A DNA stretch of 64,000 bases, taken from contig LSRY02000024.1 of assembly GCA_001643675.2 (NCBI GenBank), positions 558,001 through 622,000 on the forward strand. Reading direction: 5' to 3'. Below are positions 24,380-54,785 of the stretch, piece by piece. This DNA is from Monocercomonoides exilis PA203. Its lineage: Eukaryota; Protista; Preaxostyla. Made by a program: the position numbers and the translations under genes. Numbering within the stretch: position 1 is the stretch's first letter; each line of letters opens with the position of its first letter. Below the pieces are notes generated by a model. The model was not told the origin of the DNA and did no database searches. It was given only the letters and a program-made list of their open reading frames with translations.

Positions 24380-24621
24380 TGTCTAAATTTTTTTGTTAAG
24401 TTCCTTTTGTTTAATTTTCAAATAAAATAAAAATTTCAAATTTCGATCAAATTTCTGTTCCCAATCACGAAAATTCACAAAAATAAAAATAATACCAATT
24501 TCAAGATTTTGTTTTCATAATAGCAAAATTTGGCGAGTGGGAACATACAACTGATCGAAATATGAAATTTTTATTTTATTTGAAAATTAAACAAAAGGAA
24601 CTTTTCAAAAAAATTTAGACA
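24380..24621. mobile_element. MITE-like / foldback element with ~84-95 bp imperfect inverted arms
   Basis: 24380-24463 is the reverse complement of 24538-24621 with roughly 90% identity. Short non-coding spacer. Confidence 0.6.
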
Positions 24622-26388
24622 TTTGATAAAGTTTAAAAATGTTATTAGAAAAACAGTTTTTTCATGCTTTGTGCATAAAAAGCTTGAAAGTCCGTATTTT
24701 CACCCAAATAAATATTTATTTATTTAAAAAAACGTTCATTCAATGTTTTTAAAAGTTTTTTTTTTTATTGTAGCATGAACCGAGCATCTGAAATCAGATG
24801 GAAAAAAAAATATTGACTGATATGAAACTTAACAAAAATAATCGGACAAAATGATAAAATTCAAACAATGAACTACAAAACAAAATAGTTCGAAAAGGAA
24901 AGTCGTTTTTCATTGATATCAAACTGGTTTTCACAATTTGTTTCAGAAACTTGTTTTCGTTGGTGAAAAGCAATCCATCTTTATTTCTTTGTTGAACTTT
25001 TTTAAAACACGCAGCTTCCATTGATAATAATTTTCAATATTTTGAAACTGAATAGAAATCTGATCTTTGAAGACAGTTTTTGAAGTCCGTTGCATCACTG
25101 GATAAATATATGATCCATCAGTGAACAACCCAAAAAAAAATTGCCTTGGGTTGGTGTTATTGCGAATAAAAAATTTGAATTCTTTTTTTTTTTTTTTTTT
25201 TTTTTTTAATATGATTGTGTTAAGACGTAATTATCATTGGATTTTCAAATACATATTTCAGTTTCGTCATATTTCAACATTTGATCTGAATCGATTTTTT
25301 TGGTTTTTATATTGACAAACGAAAATGAAAACCAGGACGCAATTTTTGTTGAGGATGCAAAGATCCTTTTCATATCAAATGATTTTGGTTTCACCATTTA
25401 TAAAGCATTTCCTCACATAATGAATTGTCTGGCTATTTTTTTCATTGATTTCCGTTTCTTCACTGTTATTACTTTCATTTCGGTTTTTTCGCTTCATTAC
25501 ATTTTCTTCCTAATTACACATAATGAAAAAAGATCAAAGATAATATTCGAATATAAGTCATTTTGTTTCAAAAATGCCTTTGATTACAATTTTTTTTGTT
25601 GAAAGCAATAGATTCGAAACAGTCTTGAATTTTTTCTTGTTCCTCGATATTAAATAAATTGAACCTTTCATTACGCTGTGGATCTTTTCAATTTTTCAAT
25701 TAAGAAATGTGTCGATATTGCGAAGAGGAAGAGACCTAAACGGAAAAAATAATTTTCTTGTTAAAGAAATCTTTTCAAGAAAGTGCAAAGTTAAAAATTT
25801 CAATTTTTGATTTAAATCAACGAAACTCTTCAGTTGCAAAATCTTTTGAAAGTTCCGATGAAGAATGAAAAGAAGTCATATTACAGAAAAAAGCAAACAT
25901 AACGGCTTTGTGATCATTTTATTTATTCGAATTTATTCTGATATTTCATATTTTTTAAAAAAAGATAGCATTGAATAATTGAAGAGGGACATGAAAGCGT
26001 ATGCTATTTTCAAAATCAAATTCATTTATTCACTTTTACTCTTTTTTAGTTTTTCGTAAAACATTCCTGGGTTTTGTCCACAACTTTATCTGGCAGATAA
26101 AAAAAAAAAAAAAATTACATTAATGAAACCAAGTGAAGTTTGAAGAATGAAATGAAATGAAAAAATTTATGAAAATCGATTAACACAACGAAATCCCTAA
26201 AAATTTAATAAAATAAATATTTTTCAAAAACCAATTCTGATAAGGATTAACTATAACTGATGGACGTAACAAAAATTTTTTATCTGTAACACATGCTAAT
26301 ATATTAATATTGATATACACATATATTTCTCGAAAAATAACTTTTAATTCGATCTGGACCCTTACTGATATGGTATTTGATATATCCA

Positions 26389-43955
<17,567 letters not shown>

Positions 43956-44687
43956 ACAGTGCACGTACGTTTTGCTGTAAATGGTTTTTTTGAAATTGTT
44001 TGGAGGAATCCCAAAAAGCATAAGGTGTTTGGAAATCAGATAAATGATGTATTTATGTTTATTTATTGTTTAATTGAGATGTGATTTTTTTTTCCCCCTT
44101 TTGTTGAGTGGAATCTGTCTGTAGTGTTGATTTCTTGTTTTCTTTTTTCCGCAAAATGAAAATTTACAAAAGTGAAAACTTTAATGTGATACACTGAATG
44201 AAATGTAAAGTTATTATTTATTGTTTTATCTCACCAACTGTTTAGCCTTTTTTATTTTTGTGTGATTATTTATTGAAAAGAGTACCAGATTATCTTTTTT
44301 TATTTTAAAATATTGATTGGACTTTTTACTTTTTCTTTTAATTTGGAAACGAGTTTCTGTAAATGAGAATTTTTTGAAGATTTTTGATTTTTGATTTTTT
44401 TTTTATGGAAAAGCGAAATTCACTTGAATAGTCAAATTAACGAGGTATTTTCAGAATTTTTCTTCGAAAAGTTGATTGATGAATATTTCAAACAAAATAC
44501 TTAACTTTTAAAAATGAATGGAAACTCAGTGAATCATCCAGAAACCGATCTTTTCTTCTTCTTTTCTTTTTTGAAACAGGAAAAAAAATTCTTTAAATAA
44601 CAATTCTCTCTCTTTTGTGAAATGAATCAAAAAATAATAATAATAAAAACAATTTTTGAGTTACAAATTCAAATGAAAAGAAATTCC

Positions 44688-46181
44688 TCAAACATTCACA
44701 AAATAATCTGCCAAATCTTTTGTCAATTCATTGTATCTTTTGTTAAAAAATGGAATCACTCCATGAAAGCTTGCAACAATATCTTCGTATCCCTCTTCTT
44801 CCATCTGATCAAACATTTTCCTTTTTGCTGCCTTTCTTTTCACTTCTCCAGCTTCTCCAGCTTCTCCATCTTCATTATCAGTCTTTTCTTTCAGTCTTCC
44901 TGAAATATCCAAAAAGAAATACAAGCAATCCCACAAAACTTCATCCAGCAAAGTTGATTGCTTCATTTCCTCTGAATACAGATCGATCGCACCTCCCTTC
45001 TGCAAGTCCTCAATCTCCATCTCTTTCTTTTCCGCTGCTTCTCTGATTGAATTCGAGCATTGATAGCTGATTTCTTTGCAATTACCCCTTGCTGCTCGAA
45101 ACAGCCCCGCAAGGCTGCCGACAAGCCCAACAAATTCTTTATTCCACAACTTCCTCAGCGACAAGTCATTTTCAATAACGTAGAACCACCTCTTGAGCAC
45201 AAGCACTTCTTTCGCTTCTTTCCTTCTTCTTCCCTCTTTTTTCCTCTTCCAGTCAATGCATTCTGTCAGCTCTTCCAATTCCATTGCTGCCTCTTTCGCA
45301 AAATGCAGCTCATTCATAATCACTTCTTCCAAACTTTTCTCACCCAGCAATCGATTTTTCAAAAACTCCCAAGCAGATTGATACGCAAGCCGCGTCAGGT
45401 TGCGATGCTCCTGATGGTACAGGATGATCTCTTTGATTTCATTCAATTACAGCTCTTTGGAGACAAACTTTTCAAAAAATAAAAAATAAAAATGTGAAAA
45501 ATAAAATAAAAACATGAAAAAGGAAAATGAAATTCTCATACGGAAAGTTCAATGTTGCACAATGACAGCAAAGCCATTTCCACTTCCTTTTTAATCTCCT
45601 CGCTTTCGTCCTTGTTCAGTGCAGCTTTCAGAATGCAAGGCACGCCAATTGAAATCATTTTAAACGTGAAGTCATCTCTCAAATAAAAACTGCATTCACA
45701 AAGATCAGCCAAAAGCTTTTCGTCCTTTTCTTTTTTCTTCCCATTTTCTTCAATTATCATCTGTTCGAAACTTTGATTCAGCGAAGATGTTTTTAAACCA
45801 ATGATCCAAATTTTTCTCAGCACATTGCAGAATCCAATGCGTTTCAGCAGCAAAAGGGCATTCCCCATCGATAAATTCTTCATGCAAATCATACAAAGCA
45901 GTCTATAGAATAGATTCCCGTGAAAACGTATTGAAATTCAACTTCGCCCATTTCATCAATTATTTTATTCATTTCTTCGATTTTCCGCTTCTGCTTCATT
46001 TCTGGGCAATCTTCCAGTTCATTGAATAACACTTCAAAAATCAAAAAGGAAATGCGAAACAACATCAGTTTCCATCAATCAAATCAAGCAAATCGAGCAA
46101 ATTGAGCAAACTTGAAAACTCTGTTCTTCGGCACATCTCCTGATACACACGAAATCGTATATCATCATCACATGAGCTCAT
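44688..46181 (-). pseudogene. Disrupted member of the helical 'LTRLAYQSAW' multigene family
   Basis: Same 3-exon layout as the 48386-49846 paralog (introns 46111-46032 and 45541-~45468). Carries a 1-nt frameshift at ~45917 and an in-frame TAA at 45449-45447 (KEL*LNEIKEII versus KDLFLNDMKEII). Confidence 0.8.
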
Positions 46182-48385
46182 TCTGCTTGTAGTTTGTATT
46201 TTTTCTATTTGTTCAAAATTGTTCTTCACCCGATGAAACAAAAGATAAATACAAACAAAAGCGATTGCAAAGCAAAATAAAAAAGACTGCAATATGTGCT
46301 GCTTTGTTTTTGCTTAATAAAAAGAAATGCAAAAGCAAGTGGGATGAAACCACCAGGCGAAGCAGCAAAAGAACGGAAACAGAAATCTTTTGTTTCGATT
46401 TGATCGAACCAATTATTAATTAGAAAATGAAAGATTATCGATTTGAGAGTTTGTTCATTTGCAAATCCAATAATTGAGTTTGAATGAAAAGAAAAAGGAA
46501 GCAAACAAGCTTGAAAATATAAAGAAAGTTCATTCTTGCAATTTATTATTTGTGAAAGAAGAATGAAACTGAAAACATGAACATGTGATTGTTGAAGGAT
46601 TGGCATATTTTGAAGCTGTTGCGTTTTAAGCTCATTTGCAAAGGCTCACTGGATTGCGGATGATGAAAAGAAATGAATATCTGAAAATATGCACAAAATG
46701 ACGGTTAAAAAGTCTTGAGCATGGAGAACATGGCTGACGAGTGGTTGAAGGAAAAGGCCCAACCCTTCAGTTGTCACATAATCACGTGCCATGAAGAAAA
46801 ACAATAAAGGCCAGCACCGTCAGAAAAGAAACACACCACAGAGTCAGATGAGACAGAAACATCAAAAGAAATGAGGTGATTAATTGTTGTGAGGCAAAAG
46901 CAAGAACAAAAAAATAATTTATTTGATTTTGCAAAATGCATATTGATTCATTTTTATTTTTATTTTTTTTGAAAAATATTTTACAAAGTAATATTACCAA
47001 GCGTTGTTTGTATTCATTCTATGCAATCTGTTCCTGCCCTTACGCATCATTCGATAACCGATCTGAAGCACAACCAATTGAAGGAATCCAGCTGCTGATA
47101 ATGCAACTGGATGAGTGCACGGCCAAGGAACTTGGGAGTCCGCCTCCTGAGGCTGGATGGATGATAAAAGAGTCGCATTCAAAATGAAGAAGAAGCAGAA
47201 GAAGCAGAAGCAGAAGAAGAAGAAAATGAAAAAGAAGAACGCGATAACAAAGCATTCTGGAAATCCTGATGAAATCAAAGCAGATCTTAACAGAACAGTG
47301 ATGTTGCTGCTCCTTCCTGTTCAATATGCCCCAAATGAAGAAAAATGACAAAATAGCATAACTTGTCGTTCCTCCACACAATGTTTTTTTTCGATAATCA
47401 GTAAGATGAATGATTGAGCCAGAACCCAAATATATCTTTCATGTCTGTGTTGTTATGATATGAGTTGCCGTCTTCAATGGTAAATAAAAATTCCACAAAA
47501 CATAGATCTTTTCTTCTAATCGCAGAAAGAAGAAGGCAGTTCAACACAAAATTCCACCAAGCTCCAATCGCATTGTTTTCATTCTTTTCATTCTTTTCTT
47601 TTCTTCTTTCTTTTTGTAATAAATATTCTTCCCTTGGTTGGCAAACCACTTTTTTTGCTAAAAAACCGTTCAACTTCCTGATGCTCCAAAATCATATTTA
47701 ATTTTGATTCATCCCGATTTTTTCATTGAAATCCTTCCTTTTTTGTCTTCGTTCAACTTAATTTCATCTGAATTTGTTTTCATTTCTCGTTCCAATCATG
47801 AATTTATGAAAATCATGTATCTTGAGTAATTTCATTTATTTTCCAATGGCCTTATTATAATCAGCTCGATCCTCATCGTATTGCTCTCCAAAGCGGAGAT
47901 TGGCCATTTCAACAATAAGTTGGATTCTCGGGCTTTGGAAAGGATACAGATGGAAATGTCTTCATAATAAATAAAAACCATATAATATGCGCACGTAAAC
48001 ATGTTTTCATTTCATTATTAAAATGTTGTTTTTCGTCTGTCTTCCAATTATCAAAAATCATCAGTCAGAATTCCAAAATCGAGCCATCTCCATCATTGCC
48101 TTCTGAAATCAAAGGAAATAATATTTCTTTTTTCATAGGTGATGTTCACATGCTGTTCTGTCATTTTGCAAATTGATATTCCAGAACAAATAATTCGCAT
48201 TGATCATCGAATCCATAACAACAATCTTTGAAATATTAATCGTTGTTTATCTTCATAATTCTTTGCCAGAATGTCAACAATAGAAAAATCAGTATGAATG
48301 CACATATTTACATAACAATTTTGAGGTTTAATTTTTCGTCTGCTTCTTCTGTCCAAACAAATGCTTATTCAATGCGATAATCAAA

Positions 48386-49846
48386 ATGGTATTGTTTTCT
48401 GAATGCAATCTGTTTTCAAAAATGAAGGAGACTGACAACACAAAACATTTCACAGGTTTGAATTCGTTGTTGCATTTGAATTCTCATTTGTTTCAATTAT
48501 TTCAATTTTTTTTATTGAAGAATTGTTTGATGAACTTGAAGAATGTGATGTGGGGGAACAGAAGCAGAAAATCGAAGAAATGAATGAAACGATTTATGAA
48601 ATGGATAGAGAAGAATTTAATGTCGTTTTCACAAAAGAACTGTACAATAAAATTCACCAAATGATTGAAGAAAAGAAAATAACAATGAAAAACACTTTGT
48701 TGCTGTTGAAGCGCATTGGATATTGCACAGTTTTGAAAAATATGATTAATAGGCGCATTGAATTTTCTTTGCTGAAATCAAGATTAAATGAAATGATCAT
48801 TGAAGAAGAAGAGAAAAAAGAAGAAAAGGACGAAAGGCTTTTGGCAGATCTTTGCGAATGCTATCTTTTGCTAAGCAGCATGTTTTCAAATAAATTACGT
48901 TCTATTTGTGTATCATGCCTTTTGAAAGTTGCGTTGAACAAAGAGGAAAATGAAGAAACTCAAAAAGAAGTTGAAATAGCTTTCATGGCTTTGAGTTACA
49001 TCAGCCAATATGTTGTATGAACATTTCAATTTCGTTTTTGACTTTATTTATTTTTCTTCGTTTATTGTCGAACAGGAAATCAAAAAAGATTTGTTTTTGA
49101 ATGATATGAAAGAAATCATCCAATATCATCAGAAACATCACAACCTCACTCGACTTGCTTATCAATCAGCTTGGGGATTTTTAATGAACCGATTTTACTA
49201 TAACAAAAGTTTGGAAGATTATATTGCGAATGAGCTGCATTTTGGAAGAGAGGCAGCAACAGAATTGGAAGAGCTGACAAGAAGTGTGGATTGGGAGAGA
49301 AAAGAAGAAGAAAGAGGAAAAGGAAGAGAAGAGGAAGACTTTATTATGAGATGGATCGAAACGTTAAACAATTTTTTTAGGAATTGCCGATTGTGGAATG
49401 AAGACTTTGTTAAGATTTTAAGCAGCATTTCATGCATATTTCGAGCAGCGAAGGATAATCACAAAGAAATCAGAGAAAGATGCATTAATTTTCTTCAAAT
49501 TGCTACAAAAATTGGAGCAGTGAAGATTGATGATTTGTTGAAAGGAAAGGCAACTGATGCTGTTTTGGAGAAAATTCAGCAGCCAACGTTGGACGAAAGA
49601 GTTATATTTGAATGCTTTAAATTCTTCATCTATATTTCAAGAAGATTAAAATTAAAGAAGAAAGATGAAAAGGAAGAAATGAAAAGAAAAGAGATGGTGA
49701 AAAAGACATTTGAAAAGTTGGAAGAAGAAGGATATGAAGATGTCATCATTGGCTTTCAAGAAACATTTGCTTTTCTCAACGGAATATATTTTAATTCTGG
49801 AAAATTATCTTTAAATATATCTGATTATCTTGTAGATGCTTGTTGA
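48386..49846 (+). CDS. Intact member of the helical (ARM-like?) 'LTRLAYQSAW' multigene family; exons 48386-48455, 48521-49014, 49076-49846
   Basis: GT-AG introns keep frame. Clear similarity to the 44688-46181 copy: LLADLCEC, KEVE.A..AL, HNLTRLAYQSAW.FL, NELHF..EAA.ELEELT, EEEGYED. Confidence 0.85.
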
Positions 49847-49850
49847 TATG

Positions 49851-49884
<34 letters not shown>

Positions 49885-50510
49885 AGAATAATGTGACTCA
49901 AGTATTTTCTTTAATTTTTTTTATCATTTCAAAGAATAAAAAACAAACTTGAAGATTTATTTTGAAAGCATTAATTCTTCTTTTTATTAAGCAAAACATA
50001 AAAATGAAAGAAAGAAAATATTCATAAATGGTTTCTCTTCCATTTTTCGATAGAAAAATAAATCTGTGTTATCATATACGACTTTTGGTACTGTCTCATT
50101 GTCTTAGCTCGTAGCTCTTCCTTCCTTCCCAGAGTTTCTTTTTCTTTCATGAAAATTTTGATCTCTTCAATGGTTTCTGTCACAGCATTAAACAGTGAAA
50201 TCTTGCATCACAAATTCTGAATAATTTGCATCATATATATCTGAACGTGTTTTTTATTCTGTTAGAAAATTATTTGAATGCACTGAAATTTTTATAAGAA
50301 AAAATATATCTTTTTTTAACGAGATGAAAATTCTGAAATTTATTATGGTTGTGACATTGGAAAGAAAGAATATAAATATTTGATTTTGAAAGAGATTGTC
50401 AAAACTTTAATAGTGTATCGAATACGTGTTATAGATACTTTAATATTGAATTAAATTAAAACCAATCATATTGCTCTTTACTCGGAATCGACTTTTTTTA
50501 ATCATTTATA

Positions 50511-52902
50511 ATGGAAACTGTTTCATTGGATTCATCGTTCCCTGTTCAATATAATTGTTTGCATAAAAATTTAGCGTTATCGTTGTATATTTTCTTATTT
50601 TTTGTATTCAGCTCAAAGCTTGAACACTTCAACTGCATTATCAATTTCTTCAATTAACGAGGAATCTACATTTCTTACTGGATCTCATGCATCATCACTT
50701 CCATTTTTAATTCATACGTGCATTGAATCAAAAAGATATTTTAGACATTCTTTTCATTTTGGTAAAGATTATTTTTCATCTTTCTGCAAACGCAACAACT
50801 CAAAAACTCATAAAGCGTCTTTTTTTGATTCAAAAGAATTTTTCAATTCAAGAAACTGGAAATTTTTTGAAGAAGATAATAAGAGCGATATTGATTTTCA
50901 AAGAACGATGAAATGTGACACAGAATTCTTCACAAGACAAGAACTGAAAAAGAATAATCATTGTATATTACAAAAGAAAGTGAAAACAAATTTTAAAGAA
51001 GATTTATCCGTAGAGGGAATGCACCAATCAGGTTTGAATAAGATTTGTATTTCAGCTTTATGTTAATAACTCTTATTCAACAATTGTTGAAATTATGCAA
51101 CGCTCAATTCTTTTTTCTTTTTGTTTTTTTCAATCGAATGTTCAATTTCAATTTTTTTTTTTTTAAATAAAATTCATTTTTATTTCTTCCTAGTCAAAAA
51201 TGCTCCCGAAGATGGTTATGAAACCAATTGTCTATCTCCAACAGCGCTTTATGAAAAAGCTCTTGATCAAAATTTTTGGAATAGCTTTTCCAGGCGGATG
51301 CCTTCTATTTGCGGAGGGCACGAGAGCTTAGATATGGAGTGTTTTGTGAACGGAGAAATGCGAATGGGGCTGAGTTCATTGAAGAAAAGCCGGATGATCG
51401 AAAAGTGGCAAAAAGATGATGCAGATTACTTGAGCAGCTGCTTGGAAAGAACGACTAAGTTTGCAGAGGAAGAGGCAGGCAAGCAAAAGACGAGAATGAC
51501 ACAAAGCCATTTGCCAAAATCGAGAAGAGCCGGAATTTTGAGGCAGATTAAAGAAGCAAAGGAGCATTGGAAGGTGTTTGGAGAGTGGGTGAGGAAGGAG
51601 TGGATTGAAGGGGAGGAGGAGAAGGAGCTGTGGGACAAGGCAGAGGTGAAGATAAAGGCGAAAGAGAAAGAGGAAAGGGAAGAAAGGGAAGAAAGGGAAG
51701 AAGAAGAAAAGGAAGAAGAGGAATTTGCTGCAGTAGGAGAATGTGACGAAGACAAAAGAGATGATTTGAATGAGAAAGAAGAAGGAGCTTTGAAAAGCAA
51801 TGGAAATGAGAAAGGGATAAAAGAAGAAGAAGAAGAAGAAGAAGAAGAAGAAGAAGAGAAGAAAGACAATGAAGAAAAAGACAATGGAGAAGAAGATAAA
51901 GAAGAAGAAGAAGAAGAAGAAGAAGAAGAAGAAAGTTTGAGAGAACAAAGAGAGATGAATGAATTTTGTGAGTGTTACAGTTCTTTATTAGCAACTGACG
52001 ATCTTCCTTCAATTAAAAAGATTTCAGATGAAATGGGCAAATTTGAAGATTTTCAGCCAAATTTTATAGAAAGCAACGAAAAACAATTAACAGGTGATCT
52101 TATTGCAAAGAGAATTCGTGATACACATTCATTTTCAGATGGAAGAATTTCTTCAAATGTTCAAAGGGAAATTGACTCAACGTGCTTTCCTTTGAGATGC
52201 GACAGTCGAATCTACAATACTGTATCTCCTCAAAGAGATGCTTGCCAGGCAGAAGAAGATTCTGAAAAACCTATTTTTTCTCATTTGCTGTGTGGAGCAA
52301 ACGAACAATGCCAAATAACTTCATTTGCTTTGCCGAGTAAATCTGAATATGATCCTTTTGAATTGGAATCTTTGAAATCAAGCAGTTATTCTTCTTCATC
52401 GCATTCACCAACGCTTGCAGCGTCTTCAGCAAAACCAGCACGGACAAATGGAAGATCCTTTCCTTTTCCCGAAGAAATGTGCAATTTACTTAAAGGTGAC
52501 ATGAATTGCACATCAGATGTTGCTTCGTGTGTTTCTGCCGTCCACACACCACAAGTCCCTCCTGAGCAGCAGAATTTGTGTGGCTATGTGCCAAAATGCC
52601 TGCCGATCTTGTCATACAACGTTATTCCGCTGTGTTGCATTTCTCCAATAAAATTGTTAAGCAGATTTGAAATCAAAAATAATGAAGTTTCGAGTGATTT
52701 TAGATGTTCTTTAAAGAGGAAAAGGATAAATGAATGTTATGCAGAAGGGAAGGCAAAGAATTTGTTCAGGTCAAGTATGAATTGTTATAAATCATATTTG
52801 CGAGATCGGCTTTCTTGTGTTCTTGATGTTGTTCATCAGAGGTTAATGTGGAAAACCCCTGCTCAAAAGAAATTCTTGTGGACATTTGATAGTTTAAGAT
52901 AA
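50511..52902 (+). CDS. Hypothetical protein with central Glu-rich tract; exons 50511-50556, 50612-51031, 51194-52902
   Basis: Two phase-1 GT-AG introns join ORFs 50602-51066 and 51121-52902. No recognisable domain. Confidence 0.7.
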
Positions 52903-53073
52903 TAATAATAATAATAATAATTGTGGATATGTTAAATAACATTTTATGCTTTTTTAAAGGATTTATTGCATTTTATTAGAGAGTCCAAAAAGGATCTTTT
53001 TTTCTTGAAATTGTAAAATATTGAAAAATTTGAACTAATTTTTTTTTTATTTATTATCTTTTATTTGCATGTG

Positions 53074-53114
<41 letters not shown>

Positions 53115-53266
53115 AGAGCAAAAAGCACTTCAATTAATTCATTGTATCACATGAAATCCTTCTTTTATAAGTTTTCAATGAAATTTCCTATTTTATTGAC
53201 ACCCTTACTTAATTTTTTTAATTTTTGTTCAGCTTTCGGTGCGTTTTTTAAGCATTTTTCGTCATT

Positions 53267-54746
53267 ATGCATTTTTCGTTATATCTTAATACAAATTCTG
53301 TGGGAACGATAAATTTTCCTGGGGGTTTGCTTTGATGAATTTATCAATAAATTACACTAGGTTGAATCTTGCATTTTTGATTCATTTAACTTTGCAGCTG
53401 TCCCAAGCTCGTCAATTCAATATTTACTCAAACAATTAAAAAATCATTTTTCTGATTATCATGTACAGCGAGTTATTTATGAGGGAATGATCCTTTCAGC
53501 AGGATTTTTGGCGGATTATGGCATTCAAAATGGAAGTTTGTCATTTCTTTATTTTTCATTTTCAAAGAATAACATTGCACTTTTTTGAAATAAGGTGTTT
53601 TATATGTTGATGCAGTTTCAAAAAAGGAATTTTATGCTCCTTTTGAAACAGTTCGATTGGAAACTGAAAGAGACCCACCACCATTTTCTCTTGACAAACT
53701 TGATAGTGCAAGTTGTCACATGGAAGGAGTTATATGGGAGCATGGTTTTCATTTGGATGGTAAGGTTATTGAAGATACTTCAAACAAATCCAATAATCAA
53801 CCTCAATCAAAAAGTCGTCCTGTTCAACTCGATAATCGCATGTACTCGATGGTATAATTGCTTTAAATGTCTTTTTCCAAGCAAAATGAATTTTTGCATT
53901 CATTTTATTGTCATTATCTTTTTTTTTAATTTTTATATTTTTTGTTTTTTTAATTTTTCTATGCTTCTGTTTCTTATGTTTTAAATTTTCTCTCACTTAG
54001 CTTTCTTTGCACCAAAATCTACTTGGAATGCTACCCGGGCTAACATTCGGCGACGACTACCTCCCACTCGAGCTGCTTGGCCTCGATGATTTACCACCTG
54101 TTCTGCTTCAGCAGGTGCTGGACGATGTTGAAAGAACGAGAGCAGAAAGAGCAGCAGCAGCCCCCGCAGCTCCCACAGCACCCGCAGCACCCATCGCCCC
54201 TATAGCATCTACTGCTTCAATTGCTCAAATGGCGCCCACGATCCATCATACGCTGCCTGCTGATCTTTCTTCTCCACATCCCTCACCGAGCGGAGGAAGA
54301 GGTGGGACAGCAGGCGCAAGTTCAGCCAATTCCTCTCAGCATAATTCACAGGGCTCATCTGGCAATGCGCAGGTAGCCAGCACTCATTCAAATACTCGTT
54401 CAGCAGGCGCTGCAACGAGTGCTTCTTCTCTGCCTTCTTCGACAAGTCTCTCTTCTTCTTCTTCTTCTTCTTCTTCTTCTTCTTCTTCTTCTTCTTCTTC
54501 TTCTTCTTCTTCTTCTTCTTCTTCTTCTTCTTCTTCTTCTTCTTCTGCGAGAAACGTCGATGGCGAGGCAAAAGCGAATCAAAGCAGTGTTAGCAATTCT
54601 CAATCAGATATTTCTTCTTCTTCTCCAATTTCTTCTTCAACTACAACCCTTCCATTTGATTTGACTAGAGCAATGAACATGGAAAACGAAAATGATGGAT
54701 ACGATGCTGATAGCATGCTTCTTGACTGTGTGAGTGATTTCGAAGC

Positions 54747-54785
<39 letters not shown>

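Noticed and set aside
48062-48070. In-frame TGA as selenocysteine
   Set aside because: No redox motif context or recognisable SECIS, and the surrounding frames are otherwise decayed.
49851-49882. Poly(A) right after the stop as a sign of a processed retrocopy
   Set aside because: The gene keeps both introns, and similar A-runs occur elsewhere (e.g. 53081-53111).
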